In this document: positions 13,705 through 26,789 of the stretch, piece after piece
How the letters are laid out: every line of letters starts with the position of its first letter
How positions within the stretch are numbered: the stretch's first letter is position 1
Source of the DNA: Eledone cirrhosa
Lineage: Eukaryota
Length of the DNA stretch: 64,000 nucleotides
NCBI GenBank assembly: GCA_964016885.1
Contig: OZ024740.1
Location: forward strand, 106,826,001-106,890,000
Direction of reading: 5' to 3'
The notes under the pieces: generated by a model
What the model was told of the DNA's origin: nothing
What the model saw: only the letters and a program-made list of their open reading frames with translations
Database searches by the model: none
Position numbers and translations under genes: made by a program

Positions 13705-16318
13705 GTTCTTCTGGTTTTATAATTTCACAAAGTTTTACCAATATAGAGAGAGTCGGTTTCTAACATAGACACAAAACTCTCTCATTGGAATTTACACAAC
13801 ATCAACTAGGTAGATATGTATGTATGTCTGCATGCATGCATGTGTAGATATGGATGTTATTGTATGTGTGGATGTGTATGTTTTGAGTTGTATGTGTGCA
13901 TGTGTATATGCTTTGTATCTGTACATGTGTATATGCAGTTATTAGATGCAAAATTTTTGGAATGTTTTACATATTTTTACTGTTCCATTAATGGATTGTA
14001 CTTGTAATTTCCTAACTAGTTGTGTTCTTTCTGTTCCTGTGAAGCCTAGCTTCTCAAGATTTGTATTGAGGCAGTTACTAACATATCCCAGTGCCCCACT
14101 AATCACAGGCATAAATCTGAAGGTGTAATCAGGGTGGAGTATCTGCAGATTTCTCATTAGTTCTGCATAAATATTCTCCTTTTCACTAAACTTTGATATT
14201 ATATTAGCATCTGCTGGGCAGCTAATTTCCACTACTGTGCATGTTTTCTTCTCCCTGTCCCATATCATAATATCTGGTCTGTTATGCCTGCATTCTATTG
14301 GGGTTTTTATTTGAACATTCCACCAGTACTCTTTCATATTATGTACATGGATGTCTTCCACATTGTTGTAGCTTTTAATGTGTTTATTATCGGGGCTATC
14401 TTTTTTACGAACTGCATTGTACAGTGTTTTGGCCACTACATCATGCCTCATAGGTAGATAGTACCGTGATGACATCTTTGGGCAGCTGCTGATGACATGG
14501 GTGATATCCTCGATGTTAGTTCTGCAGAGTCTGCACTTGTTATCACATCTAGGTGTTTTGCCTGCATCCCTATCTCTTTTGTGAATCAGGTATTTCGTGC
14601 TAATCTCCTGTTCTTGGATTGCAAAAGCGTATTCTTTAAAGTGGGAGGCAATATAGCGGTTGTTGGCCCAAGATAGACTATTTTCCTTATCTATATTACT
14701 CTCACTCTGGAGCTTCCTGGCAACATATCCATGCATTATTTTTTGCTGATAGGCATGCAGTTTTTCATCCATGGATTCACTGCGATACTGCTGAGCGACA
14801 TCCCTGGGTGTGAGTTTTTGATTATCACACAGGGAATATTTTTCAAGGAGTTCCTTCCCAACTCTCATGATCTTATCTGTTTCATGCAGATAGACTTGCT
14901 CGAGAAGTGGGCTCCTACGCTTCGAGGTTCGTAGATGTCGGAGAGATATGATGCGACATTCAAATGTTGTCTGGACTGATGTTAGGTCTCTGCCTCCCCG
15001 CTTACGTTTCAAGAAAAGGCGGTCTATGTCACTGTTGATGTGGAAGTTTCTGGTGTTGTTCAGTATTTTTCGAGTTCCAACATCAACTGCTCGGATTTCG
15101 TCTATCGTCCAATTGAGTATTCCAAACGTTGGTGCTAGGACAGGCTCAGCAAACACATTGTGAGCCACTGTTTTGTTTTGCGCAGAGAGTTCCGATGACT
15201 AGATCTTTCTTAATCGGGTGTAGTATTCCCTGGTTACGCGTTCTTTATTACAGATACCATTATAGGATATATTCTCATCTATCCCCAGGTATCTGTAGCA
15301 GTCCTCATCAGATATCGGTGAAAGAGTTAGACCATTGATGACAATGTTGCTAGATTGGGTTGTTGTTTTTCCTCGCTTTACAGTCATGTATGAGCATTTA
15401 TCTTGGCCAAACTCCATTCCTATATCCTTTGAGAACGTTGTAACCAGGTCAAGATTTTTCTTCATCCCATCCATGTTCTTGGCATAGAGTTTCAGATCGT
15501 CCACAAAGAAGTTATGGGTTAGGTTCGTATTTCTGTCCTCCTGTGAGCCAATGATGTATCCCTCACATTTCTTGAGCAGAAAGGACAAGGGGTTTAATGA
15601 CAAGATGAACAATATCACAGAGAGACTGTCCCCCTGAAATATACCCCTGCAATATTTTATTTTATCAGTGAAAATAGAGTCCTCCCTCTCTGTCTTTAAC
15701 CTTAGGATAGTAGCCCAAGAAGAAGACAGCCTCTCTATCTCTATGGCTCTGACAATAATGTCTGGGACTTTAGCAAGTTGGAGGGCCTCTATCATCCAAG
15801 AGTGGAGAACAGAAGCGAAAGCTTTCTTGTAGTCCAGCCAGACTGTAGTCATATTCCTCCTAAGTTGTCGCACCTCCGACATCGCAGTTTTGTTGATTAG
15901 GAGTTGTTCAGCACATCCCCAAACCCTTTTCTTTCCAGCTGCTTGTTCATATGTGATGATGTTATTATTTTCACAGTGATCTTGGAGAAATAGGTTGAGG
16001 CAGGCTGTATACATCTTATACATCAGGTTCTGGCATGCAATGGGTCGGTAGTTTTTTGCCAAGTGGGTGTCTTTGTTCTTGGGGACCAGTAACGTTTGTG
16101 CTAATGTCAACCATTCTGGTATAAGTGTATCTCCCTTAAGAACTTGTTGGTAGAGGTCAGTATGATACCTCCGATAGAATATTAGTTTTTTGTACCAGTA
16201 GCCGACAATCATGTCTCTTCCTGGTGTTTTCTTATCTTGGAGTTTTCCCATCACAGTGTCAAGGGTACCCTCACTATTTCGTATGTTTTTGTTGTAGTGT
16301 AGGAGCAATAGTTCTTTC
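13705..16318 (-). mobile_element. R4/Dong-clade RLE retrotransposon, 5'-truncated, copy A1
   Basis: NYRPIAC, WLDYKKAF, GIFQGDSLS, FFVDDLKLY, YRYLG, CRLC...EDITHVISSC, RH(D), RPDI...VVEISCP, KENIY; (TATG)n on both sides. Confidence 0.92.
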
Positions 16319-16368
16319 TATGTATGTATGTATGTATGTATGTATGTATGTATGTATGTATGTATGTA

Positions 16369-16672
16369 TGTTCTTTTTGGTAATTATCATCTTGGTTAAG
16401 AGAGTGGGACTGGCTTTGTGCAGTGCCTTTGCTCACTATAAAAGCTTCATGGTACAGGCATTGCTTTATATCTGGAGATATCTCTGCACTTGTCACATGG
16501 TACCATGAGCCCAACACTATGTGTCAATAACTGTCACAAGTGTAGTGTTTGTTCCAGAGTTTTCAAGTCGCTGGCTGGACTAAAAAGTCACACTCGTTCA
16601 GCGCATCGGTAGGGGTTCTCCTACATGGATATAAAGTAGTGGCCGTACTCGAAAACGAGTTGGCAACCACCA
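16369..16672 (+). mobile_element. Non-autonomous RTE-related element, 5'-truncated
   Basis: Nearly identical to 18659-18967; 3' stem-loop actcg-aaaa-cgagt then ggcaaccacca(TGTA)n. Confidence 0.7.
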
Positions 16673-16749
16673 TGTATGTATGTATGTATGTATGTATGTA
16701 TGTATGTATGTATGTATGTATGTATGTATTATCTATGTATGTATAGACT

Positions 16750-18272
16750 AACCCATGAATGGTATTGTCTCCTCCAAAGTTAATAAGCTCAACAGGTATT
16801 CCATCCAAACCTGGAGCTTTCCCTATGTTTATCTCTTTGATAATAGACCTTATCTCATGAATGATTGGATCATTCATCATCTCTATTACAGTTTCCCTTT
16901 GCGGCAGTCCATTAATAATCTTAGTAGAAAACGATGTCAAGCAAGGTGTCATACCTACACCCACTTTGTTCTCCATCTACTTTGCCGTGCTGCTGATATA
17001 TGTCTTCCAAGACTTCGGAATCGATGTATATTTGCGAATTAGAACCTCTTTAATCTTAGACCGTTTAACACCAAGTCCAAAACACTATGCTGATGATGCA
17101 GATTTTGTAGCTCACACAGTAGAGGACATGCAGTTGATAATGGACACGTTCTCTAATGCATACACCGTGTTTGGGCTAAATATTAGTATAAAAAAGGCAA
17201 AGGTCTTGTACATTCCACCAATTGGGAAAGTGTATGTGGGGCCAGACATTTTCGTGAGAGGAAAAAGACTTGGTGTGGTGGACAGCTTTGTCTATCTCTG
17301 AAGTACACTTAATTAAAATGGTACACTCGTTGCTGAAATAGATCATAGAATTGCGAAAGCGAGTGTTGCTTTCGGGAAACTTGAGAAGCGAGTTTGGTCA
17401 AATCGGGGTATCTCAAGAAACACAAATCTCTGTGTACGAGGCCTGTATTCTTACAGTCCTGCTATATGGATGCGAAACGTGGACAACTTACAGGCATCAC
17501 ATCAAGAAACTGGAAGGTTTTATCAGTATTGTATCCGACGCATCCTGAACATCCTCTTACACCCCTGAGTGTGCTGAACTTGAGAAAGTGGGTAGCACCA
17601 GTATTGAGAGGAGGATTATTAGGAACCAGATGCGTTGGGTTGGTCGTGTGGTCAGGATGGAAGATGGAAAGCTTCCTAAACAATTAATTTATGGGGTGTT
17701 GACCAGAGGAAAAAGGCCACAGCATAAACCAAAGAAGCAGTTTAAGGATGTCATAAAAGACAATCTTAAAGCTCTGAAGATTGATATGTATAACTGAGAG
17801 AGACTGGCTGAAGGCCATACATCATGGAGAAAGATCATCAAATATGGATGTGATGTCTTTGAGAAAAAGCGAGTAGAGCATGTTGTTTCGAAGCGTTCAC
17901 TCCGTAAATGGGACCCAAGTGCAGTGCCTGCAAACATTCAGCAAGATTTGAGGTGCAATGTATGTGGCCAATTTCTTCTAACAAGAGCTGGATTTGTCAA
18001 CCATCTGGAATTACACGAGCCAGCTAGATGGTTTTACCGCCACTCCACGATACATTTGCAGTGAGTGTGGTTTAATGTACATGTCAGCAGGTGAACTGAC
18101 CAGACATGGTAGAATGCATGAAGATACATTCCAGCTTGTATTGCCAGGAGACAGACAGTTCAAGTGTCACATCTGTGAAACGAAAGTGGGTCTGAAAAGT
18201 CACCTGCGTGCAAAAGGTCATGCAATGTTCAATGAAAAAATGGCACTCTTCTGTCAAGAGTTAGCAATCAGC
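16750..18272 (+). mobile_element. RTE-clade LINE, 5'-truncated and inverted, with C-terminal C2H2 fingers
   Basis: VKQG..PTLFSIYF, YADD, F.YL, LLYGCETWT, RWVGRVVRMEDGKLPKQL.YG; CxxC..HxxxH fingers at ~17953-18210; (TATG)n tail. Confidence 0.88.
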
Positions 18273-18359
18273 ACGTATGTATGTATGTATGTATGTATGT
18301 ATGTATGTATGTATGTATGTATGTATGTATGTATGTATGTATGTATGTATGTATGTATG

Positions 18360-18967
18360 TCAGGTCACCAGTTGGTGCTACTGGTAACATGTATCCCATT
18401 ACAACCTGTCTCATGGTCGGGTCGTTGGCGACTAAACTGGCAACCCCACCAAGGTTTCTTGGGGAGGAGGGTGACTTTGGACATCCTGCAGGACTAAAAA
18501 CAAAACCTGTCAAAAGGCAAAGGGGCTCTTAAGAGTCAATAGCCATCCAAAATCACCGGGAGAGATGATCCCTTAGCCTTTGTCAAGGCAGAATTCTAGG
18601 AGAAGGAAAACTCTGATATAACACCTGCAACCCTGATGGTATCCAATGATGTTGAATTGTTCTTCTTTTTGGTAAATATCATCTTGGTTAAGAGAGTGGG
18701 ACTGGCTTTGTGCAGTGCCTTTGCTCACTATAAAAGCTTCATGGTACAGGCATTGCTTTATATCTGGAGATATCTCTGCACTTGTCGTCACATGGTACCA
18801 TGGGCCCAGCACTATGTGTCAATAATTGTCACAAGTGTAATGTTTGTACCAGAGTTTTCAAGTCGCTGGCTGGACTAAAAAGTCACATTCGTTCAGCGCA
18901 TTTGTAGGGGTTCTCCTACATGGATATAAAGTAGTGGCCGTACTCGAAAACGAGTTGGCAGCCACCA
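18360..18967 (+). mobile_element. Non-autonomous bipartite RTE-derived element
   Basis: RTE-like 5' UTR motif aggagaaggaaaactctga; RTE-like 3' stem-loop; no ORF; (TATG)n on both sides. Confidence 0.7.
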
Positions 18968-19009
18968 TGTATGTATGTATGTATGTATGTATGTATGTGT
19001 GCGTGTATG

Positions 19010-19536
19010 TCAGGTTGCTCTCGAGTGCTACTGGTAACATGTAAACCAGTACAACCTGTCTCATGGTCTGGTCGTCAGCGACTAAACCGGCAACCCTACC
19101 AAGCTTGCTTGGTGAGGAGGGTGATAGTTGGACACTCTGTGGGATGAAATACAAGACCCAGCAACGGCAAGGGAACTCAGCAGAGTCAACGGCCATCCAA
19201 ATAGTACTTTTTTTTCTTTTTTTCTTTTCACCTGGGAGTGAAAGGCCCCCAGTTGTTATCACACCTTTCTAGGAAAGGGAAACTCTGAAAAGAAACGGCT
19301 TTGGAAGCATCCGATGATGTTGACCAGTTCTCCTTTTCGGGTAGTGTTTTCGATGCTCAGAGAGTGGGATTGGTCGAGTGCAAGACCTTTTCTCACTTAA
19401 AAAAACCTTCAAAGCACAGGCATTGCTTGTTCAGGATATGTTACAGGTTCGTGTGGCTGGCCGTATCCTAAAAGTACATCAAACTCTATAATCTGACAAG
19501 CGATTGCAATACTCTTAGCAGAGTTTGCAGCCATCA
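19010..19536 (+). mobile_element. Second subfamily of non-autonomous RTE-derived element
   Basis: Shares gtgctactggtaacatg, cctgtctcatggtc, gcgactaaac and agagtggga blocks and the 3' actc..gagt..gcagccatcatg end with 18360-18967. Confidence 0.65.
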
Positions 19537-19560
19537 TGTATACATGTATGTATGTATGTG

Positions 19561-22500
19561 TTATGTTATCTCTTTCTCTTAATTTCGAGTATATTTTTGA
19601 CCGGCCACCTTCCTGGTACCAAAGTTGTAAAAGAAAAGAAATTGTCATCCCTTGAATCGCAAGAATGTTTTGCAAATTTTGAAGGTGCCAGCTATCGCAG
19701 CCATTTGTAGACTATGAATTAGGGAGCTGCGCTCTTTGTCCGCAAATCCAAGTTTAGTTATACATTGGTCCAAGCGGGTTGGTATATAACCCGTAGCTCC
19801 AATAATGATGTGTATGAAGCTAAAGGTGTATCTTCGATACTGGATTTGTAAACTCCTCATCAATGGTCCGTAGATGTCCTCCTTCTCCTGTATTTTTCTG
19901 ACAACGTTTATATAAAGTGGGCAGCTGATCTCCACAACAGAACACGTTTTCAATGTGTGGTCCCAAACAACAATATTAGGACGGTTGTGCTTTAATTTGA
20001 TGGCAGTTTTTATTTTCAGGTTCCACCAGTATTCCTTAGTGCCATCTGTCTCAATATATTCTTCCTCGTTTGTTTTTAATTTTGTTTTCCGAAGTGCTTT
20101 CCAGATGGTCCTAGCTATCCCATCGTGTCTGATGGGGAGGTAGTAGCGAGATGATATTCTTTCGCAGCTGGCAACAATGTGGCGTACATCTTCGATCTTT
20201 GTTTTACATAGCCTGCATTTATTGTCAGCTGATGGCTCTCCTCTTTTGTGCAGCAGATATTTGGTAGGGAGTTCTTGTTCCTGTATTGCATAGAGATATC
20301 CCTCAAGATGTGATGTCATAAACTTGTCGGAACTCCATGCCAGGCTTTTTGAGTGATTTATCCCCTCTATGGTCTGTGTTTTACGTCTCAAGTATCCGTG
20401 AACAACTTTTTCTGTAAATTGGTCAATTTTTTCATCTTGTTTGAACATTGACTAGGATCTTCCGATTTCTCTGGGTGAGAGATTTATATCGGGCTTTATT
20501 CCATATCTCTCCTCCAGATCAGTGGCTATCCTAATGATATTTTTTTCTTCATGCTCATAAACCTGGGCAAGATGGTTGCCAACCTTTTTCCTCTGTTGAA
20601 GATGTTGCTTCAGTGTTACTATCCGGGTCTCATATGATGTTAATATGGATTTTAGACCCCGGCCACCTTCCTTGCGTGAGAAGTATAGCCTATCCACATC
20701 ACCATTGATGTTGAAGTTCCCAGTAACACTGAGAAGTTTGCGAGTTCTAACATCCATCTCACTTAGTTCTTGCAATGACCAGTTCAGCAGGCCAAATGTT
20801 GGCGTTAGAATTGGCACAGCATAAGTATTGTGGGCAATGTACTTGTTGTACGCTGACAGTTCTGATGACCATATTTTCTTTACTCTTGAGGTATCCAGTT
20901 CTGGTTCTCTCCTTATTTATGGGTCCATCATATCTGACATTCTCATCCTGTCCAAGATATCTGTAGTTGTCACCTGACTGTAAAGGTTGTATTGTCAGGC
21001 CGTTCATCTCTAGATTTCTAGAGAAGGGCACAACTCTTCCACGTTTTACTGCCAAATATGCACACTTGGACTCACCAAATTTCATTTTGATGTCTGTTGA
21101 AAATTGTGTAATGAGGTACAATTGTTTCTTGATGTCATTGATATTTGGCCCATACAACTTCAGGTCATCAACAAAGAAAAGATGGGAGATACTTCTGGAC
21201 CCACTTCTTTGTCCACCTTGTTTCCTGAGTAGGTAAGATAGTGGATTTAGTGAGAGAACGAAGAGTAGTACTGACAAGCTATCACCCTGAAAGATGCCCT
21301 TCTGGTAATGTATCTTATCAGTCTTAACTTGCTCCTTCTCACCTCTAAGGATCAAATTGGTGTACCAGTTCTTGGTCAGACGTTCAACAGCAGCTACCAG
21401 TGGTTGTGGGACTTTCGCTAACTCTAAAGCCTTAACAATCCACCCATGAGGTACACTATCAAATGCTTTTTGATAGTCCAGCCACACCACAGTCATGTTT
21501 CTGCGATTCTTTGTTGTTTTTTCTTGAATCCTTTTATTAGTTAGTAGGTGATCTATGCAACCCCACACCTCCCTCTTTCCACCAGCTTGCTCAGGTGTTA
21601 TAATGTTGTTGGTAGCACAGTGATCCTGTAAGAACAGGTTAAGGCACCCAGTATATAATTTATACATGATGTTTTGGCAGGCTATTGGGCGGTAATTTTT
21701 AGCAAGGGTGGTTTGGATATTTGGGGGAATGAGGAGAGTAGTGGCAGTTGATAACCATCTGGGCAGTTCTTGTGTGTCTTTAATGGTTTCTATAAATAGC
21801 CGTATGAGATCTTGCCGATAGAAAGTGAAATTCTTCAACCAGTATCCTGTTATGAGGTCTGGGCCTGGCGATTTCCTATTCGACATTTTCTGTAGAGCTG
21901 TTTCCAGTATTGACCCATCTATGTCATATTGTTTTGTCTGGACATGTTGGCAGTAGTCCTGTTCCAGTTCTTTTAGCCATTTAGTTTGTCTGTTGAATCC
22001 GTCATCCGTTTCCCATTCAGATCCCCAGTAGCTCTCAAACTGCTCTTTTGAAGGGGTGTCATTTACAGAGATTGAGCTTTTGCCACCGAAGCTGCGATAA
22101 ACTGATTTAGGATCTCTGGCAAACAATCTATTTAGCACTTGTCGTTTATGACTTATATTTTAGTCTTTCTGTTGTAGCTGTGAGTTGTTGTTTCAACTGG
22201 TGTAATTTGGAGTTTAAAGTTTTAAATTTTGTATCTCCAAATCGTCTCTCTAATTTTTGTTTTACGTCTTCCTGGTGTCGTGTGAAGTTGCTCTCTATAT
22301 TGCATTTCATAATGACTGCGATTTGTGAGATACTTCGTCTCAGGGACAAAATTTTGCTTTTTAAATTTCGCATCCACGTTGGTTCAGGCTTTTTGTTCGT
22401 ATCTTGATTGCGTGGCTTTAGATGTGTTTTATATGATAGCAATGTGACAGCTGAAACATATAACAAAATGTTAAGCATTTCAAATGTCGTTTCTACACCT

Positions 22501-23795
22501 TTAGATCGTATAGCCTTCAGATAATTGTCAGCTATTTCGTTCACCGCTTCCAATTCCAATTTAGTGGGTTCTTTACTGATTCTGGTGTGGTATGGTCTGT
22601 CACTCACATTAAGGCTGTGTATCTCTTGAAACATATCGTTCCATATCACTTGGAGGGTGCCCACAAGTTTTTGGTGCTCTGTTTGTTCAGTAGAGTCATG
22701 AATTTCAGCCTCGTTGTTGATGTGGTGACAAATACTACTAGAGTTAGCTGACCATTCTCGCTGTTCTTCAGTGGAAGTGGGATGGATTTCAGCAAAATTG
22801 TTGGTGAGCTGTTCACTGTTAGATTTAGCTGGCCATTCTCTTTGTCTGTCAGTGGAGGTGGGGTGGTTGTCTACAAGGGATGTATTTGTAGTATCACTCA
22901 ATTCCGTTAGATGTATCAATTTACATCTAATGATACGTTTTGCCTATTCATTTAAATGCTTTGGAGAAAAATCTAATTCTGGGTGTTTGGAGTTCTATAA
23001 AGTTTTTAGCCTTTGCATAAAACCGAACTTTTGGGGTTCAGATTGTTTGTATGCTTCATATAATTCTTTGTTAAGCTCGTAGCTCCACTATATACAACGG
23101 TTGTAGTTGCGATTTGCCATGATGAGTTTGTCTATTCACTAATATTTTGTATTTATTTTTCAAAATAGTCGATGATCTTCTTTAAAAGTTTCGACAAAGT
23201 TCTGTCAGAATCAAATTTAAAGTTATTCACAGCTTGGGTAATATTTCTTTTCAGTTAGTTTTTAATTCTACAACTGTGTTTAAACGTTGTTTTTGAATCG
23301 TTTGAATCGAGAACAAAAGAAAAACCGTTACTTAGTATATTTCTTTATGAATGTAATATAATATAACAACGCTGTATTTATGTTAAAGTTTATGTATCTT
23401 TCATATAAATAGGTATAAATAAATAAAGAAATCATTCATATAAATAGGTGTTCTACAACATATTCACAACATATTCACAGTTAAAACACTTGTTTTTGTT
23501 TCTGAATTGAAAACGTTACATGTATATTTCTTTACAAATGTAATATAACAACGTTGCATTTATATGTTAAAGTGTATGTATCGTTCATATATCATAAGTG
23601 TATGTATCGTTCATATAAATAGGTGTTTTACAACACACTTACAGTTTAAACACTTATATAGAATTATTGTATGTAATCTTACCGCGTAATGTAGCTCAAC
23701 TTTTTCCAATATATGGTATGTTGTCTTCATGTAAGCCGTAATTACACACGTCCGATTATCTGACACTGATCACAACGGTCGCCATTGTCAGGGCA
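19561..23795 (-). mobile_element. Near full-length R4/Dong-clade retrotransposon, family B, decayed
   Basis: ATG at 23120 with Myb-like N-terminus (W..ELNKELY.AY...GFM.RLK...HPE), RT (GIFQGDSLS, FFVDDLKLY), CCHC and RLE to 19645; stops and frameshifts; ~670-bp 5' UTR. Confidence 0.92.
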
Positions 23796-23802
23796 TATGT
23801 AT

Positions 23803-24968
23803 GTTCTGGTTTTATAATTTCACAAAGTTTTACCAATAGAGAGAGTCGGTTTCTAACATAGACACAAGACTCTCTCATTGGAATTTACACAACATCAACT
23901 AGGTAGATATGTATGTATGTCTGCATGCATGCATGTGTAGATATGGATGTTATTGTATGTGTGGATGTGTATGTTTTGAGTTGTATGTGTGCATGTGTAT
24001 ATGCTTTGTATCTGTACATGTGTATATGCAGTTATTAGATGCAAAATTTTTGGAATGTTTTACATATTTTTACTGTTCCATTAATGGATTGTACTTGTAA
24101 TTTCCTAACTAGTTGTGTTCTTTCTGTTCCTGTGAAGCCTAGCTTCTCAAGATTTGTATTGAGGCAGTTACTAACATATCCCAGTGCCCCAATAATCACA
24201 GGCATAAATCTGAAGGTGTAATCAGGGTGGAGTATCTGCAGATTTCTCATCAGTTCTGCATAAATATTCTCCTTTTCACTAATCTTTGATATTATATTGG
24301 CATCTGCTGGGCAGCTAATTTCCACTACTGTGAATGCTTTCTTCTCCCTGTCCCATATCATAATATCTGGTCTGTTGTTATGCCTGCATTTTATTGGGGT
24401 TTTTACTGGAACATTCCATCAGTACTCTTTCATATTATGTACATGGATGTCTTCCACATTGTTGTAGCTTTTAATGTGTTTATTATCGGGGCTATCTTTT
24501 TTACGAACTGCATTGTACAGTGTTTCGGCCACTACATCATGCCTCATAGGTAGATACTACCGCGATGACATCTTTGGGCAGCTGCTGATGACATGGGTGA
24601 TATCCTCGATGTTAGTTCTGCAGAGTCTGCACTTGTTATCACATCTAGGTGTTTTGCCTGCATCACTATCTCTTTTGTGAATCAGGTATTTCGTGCTAAT
24701 CTCCTGTTCTTGGATTGCAAAAGCGTATCCTTTAAAGTGGGAGCCAATATAGTGGTTGTTGGTCCAAGATAGACTACTTTCCTTATCTATATTACTCTCA
24801 CTCTGGAGCTTCCTGGCAACATATCCATGCATTATTTTTTGCTGATAGGCATGCAGTTTTTCACCCATGGATTCACTGCGATACTGCTGAGCGACATCCC
24901 TGGGTGTGAGTTTTTGATTATCACACAGGGAATATCTCTCGAGGAGTTCCATCCCAACTCTCATGATC
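23803..24968 (-). mobile_element. R4/Dong family A, copy A2 (3' 1.2 kb)
   Basis: Near-identical to 13705-14870; TATG repeats on both sides. Confidence 0.92.
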
Positions 24969-25042
24969 TATGTATGTATGTATGTATGTATGTATGTATG
25001 TATGTATGTATGTATGTATGTATGTATGTATGTATGTATGTA

Positions 25043-26742
25043 TGTTCTTCTGGTTTTCTAATTTCACAAAGTTTTACCAATAGAGAGAGAGTTGGTTTCT
25101 AACATAGACACAAGACTCTCTCATTGGAATTTACACAAAATCAACTAGGTAGATATGTATGTATGCATGCATGTGTAGATATAGATGTTATTGTATGTGT
25201 GGATGTGTATGTTTTGAGTTGTATGTGTGCATGTGTATATGCTTTGTATCTGTACATGTGTATATGCAGTTATTAGATGCAAAATTTTTGGAATGTTTTA
25301 CATATTTTTACTGTTCCATTAATGGATTGTACTTGTAGTTTCCTAACTAGTTGTGTTCTTTCTGTTCCTGTGAAGCCTAGCTTCTCAAGATTTGTATTGA
25401 GGCAGTTACTAACATATCCCAGTGCCCCAACAACCACAGGCATAAATCTGAAGGTGTAATCAGGGTGGAGTATCCGCAGATTTCTCATCAGTTCTGCATA
25501 AATATTCTCCTTTTCACTAATCTTTGATATTATATTGGCACCCGCTGTGCAGCCAATTTCCACTACTGTGCATGTTTTCTTCTCCCTGTCCCATATAATA
25601 TCTAGTCTGTTATGCCTGCATTCTATTGGGGTTTTTACTGGAACATTCCATCAGTACTCTTTCATATTATGTACATGGATATCTTCCACATTGTTGTAGC
25701 TTTTAATGTGTTTATTATCGGGGCTATCTTTTTTACGAACTGCATTGTACAGTGTTTTGGCCACTACATCATGCCTCATAGGTAGATAGTACCGCGATGA
25801 CATCTTTGGGCAGCTGCTGATGACATGGGTGATATCCTCGATGTTAGTTCTGCAGAGTCTGCACTTGTTATCACATCTAGGTGTTTTGCCTGCATCCCTA
25901 TCTCTTTTGTAAATCAGGTATTTCGTGCTAATCTCCTGTTCCTGGATTGCAAAAGCGTATCCCTCAAAATGGGAGCCAACACAGCGGTTGTTGGTCCAAG
26001 ATAGACCACCCTCCCTATCTACAGTACTCCCACTCTTGAGCAACATATCTATGGCAACATATCTATGCATCATTTTTTGCTGATAGGTATGCAGTTTTTC
26101 ATCCATGGATTCACTGCGATACTGCTGAGCGACACCCCTGGATGTGAGTTTTCGACTACCACACAGGGAATATCTCTCGAGGAGTTCCCTCCCAACTCTC
26201 ATGATCTTATCTGTTTCATGCAGATAGACTTGCTCGAGAAGCGGGCTCCTACGCTTCGAGGTTCGTAGATGTTGTCGGAGAGATATGATGCGACATTCAA
26301 ATGTTGTCTGGACTGATGTTAGGCCTCTGCCTCCCCGCTTACGTTTCAAGCAAAGGCGGTCCATGTCACTGCCGATGTGGAAGTTTCCAATGTTGTTCAG
26401 TATTTTTCGAGTTCCAACATCAACTGCTCGGATTTCGTCTATCGTCCAATTGAGTATTCCAAACGTTGGTGTTAGGACAGGCACAGCAAACACATTGTGA
26501 GCCACTGTTTTGTTTTGCGCAGAAAGTTCCGATGACCAGATCCTTCTTATTCGGGTATTCCCTGGTTACGCGTTCTTTATTACAGATACCATTATAGGAT
26601 ATGTTCTCATCTATCCCCAGGTATCACCCCATATTTTTCTCCAAAAGGAATCTATGTCTTTCTGGGATGGGGCCTCAGTGACACTTATTATTTTGCCCTT
26701 CATATCTCTATAGACTGATGTTTGTGTATGTATGTATGTATG
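25043..26742 (-). mobile_element. R4/Dong family A, copy A3 (internal RT deletion, A-to-G hypermutated)
   Basis: Aligns to 13705-15295, then jumps to the pre-RT segment YRDMKGKIISV..APS..DIDSFWRKIWG. Confidence 0.9.
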
Positions 26743-26789
26743 TATGTATGTATGTATGTATGTATGTATGTATGTATGTATGTATGTGT

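Noticed and set aside
17953-18235. Host C2H2 zinc-finger gene
   Set aside because: Contiguous with the RTE ORF and followed by the RTE 3' stem-loop and tail
23700-23795. HDV-like ribozyme at the R4 5' end
   Set aside because: Only a ctgaca/tgtcag hairpin is visible; I could not assign the nested pseudoknot
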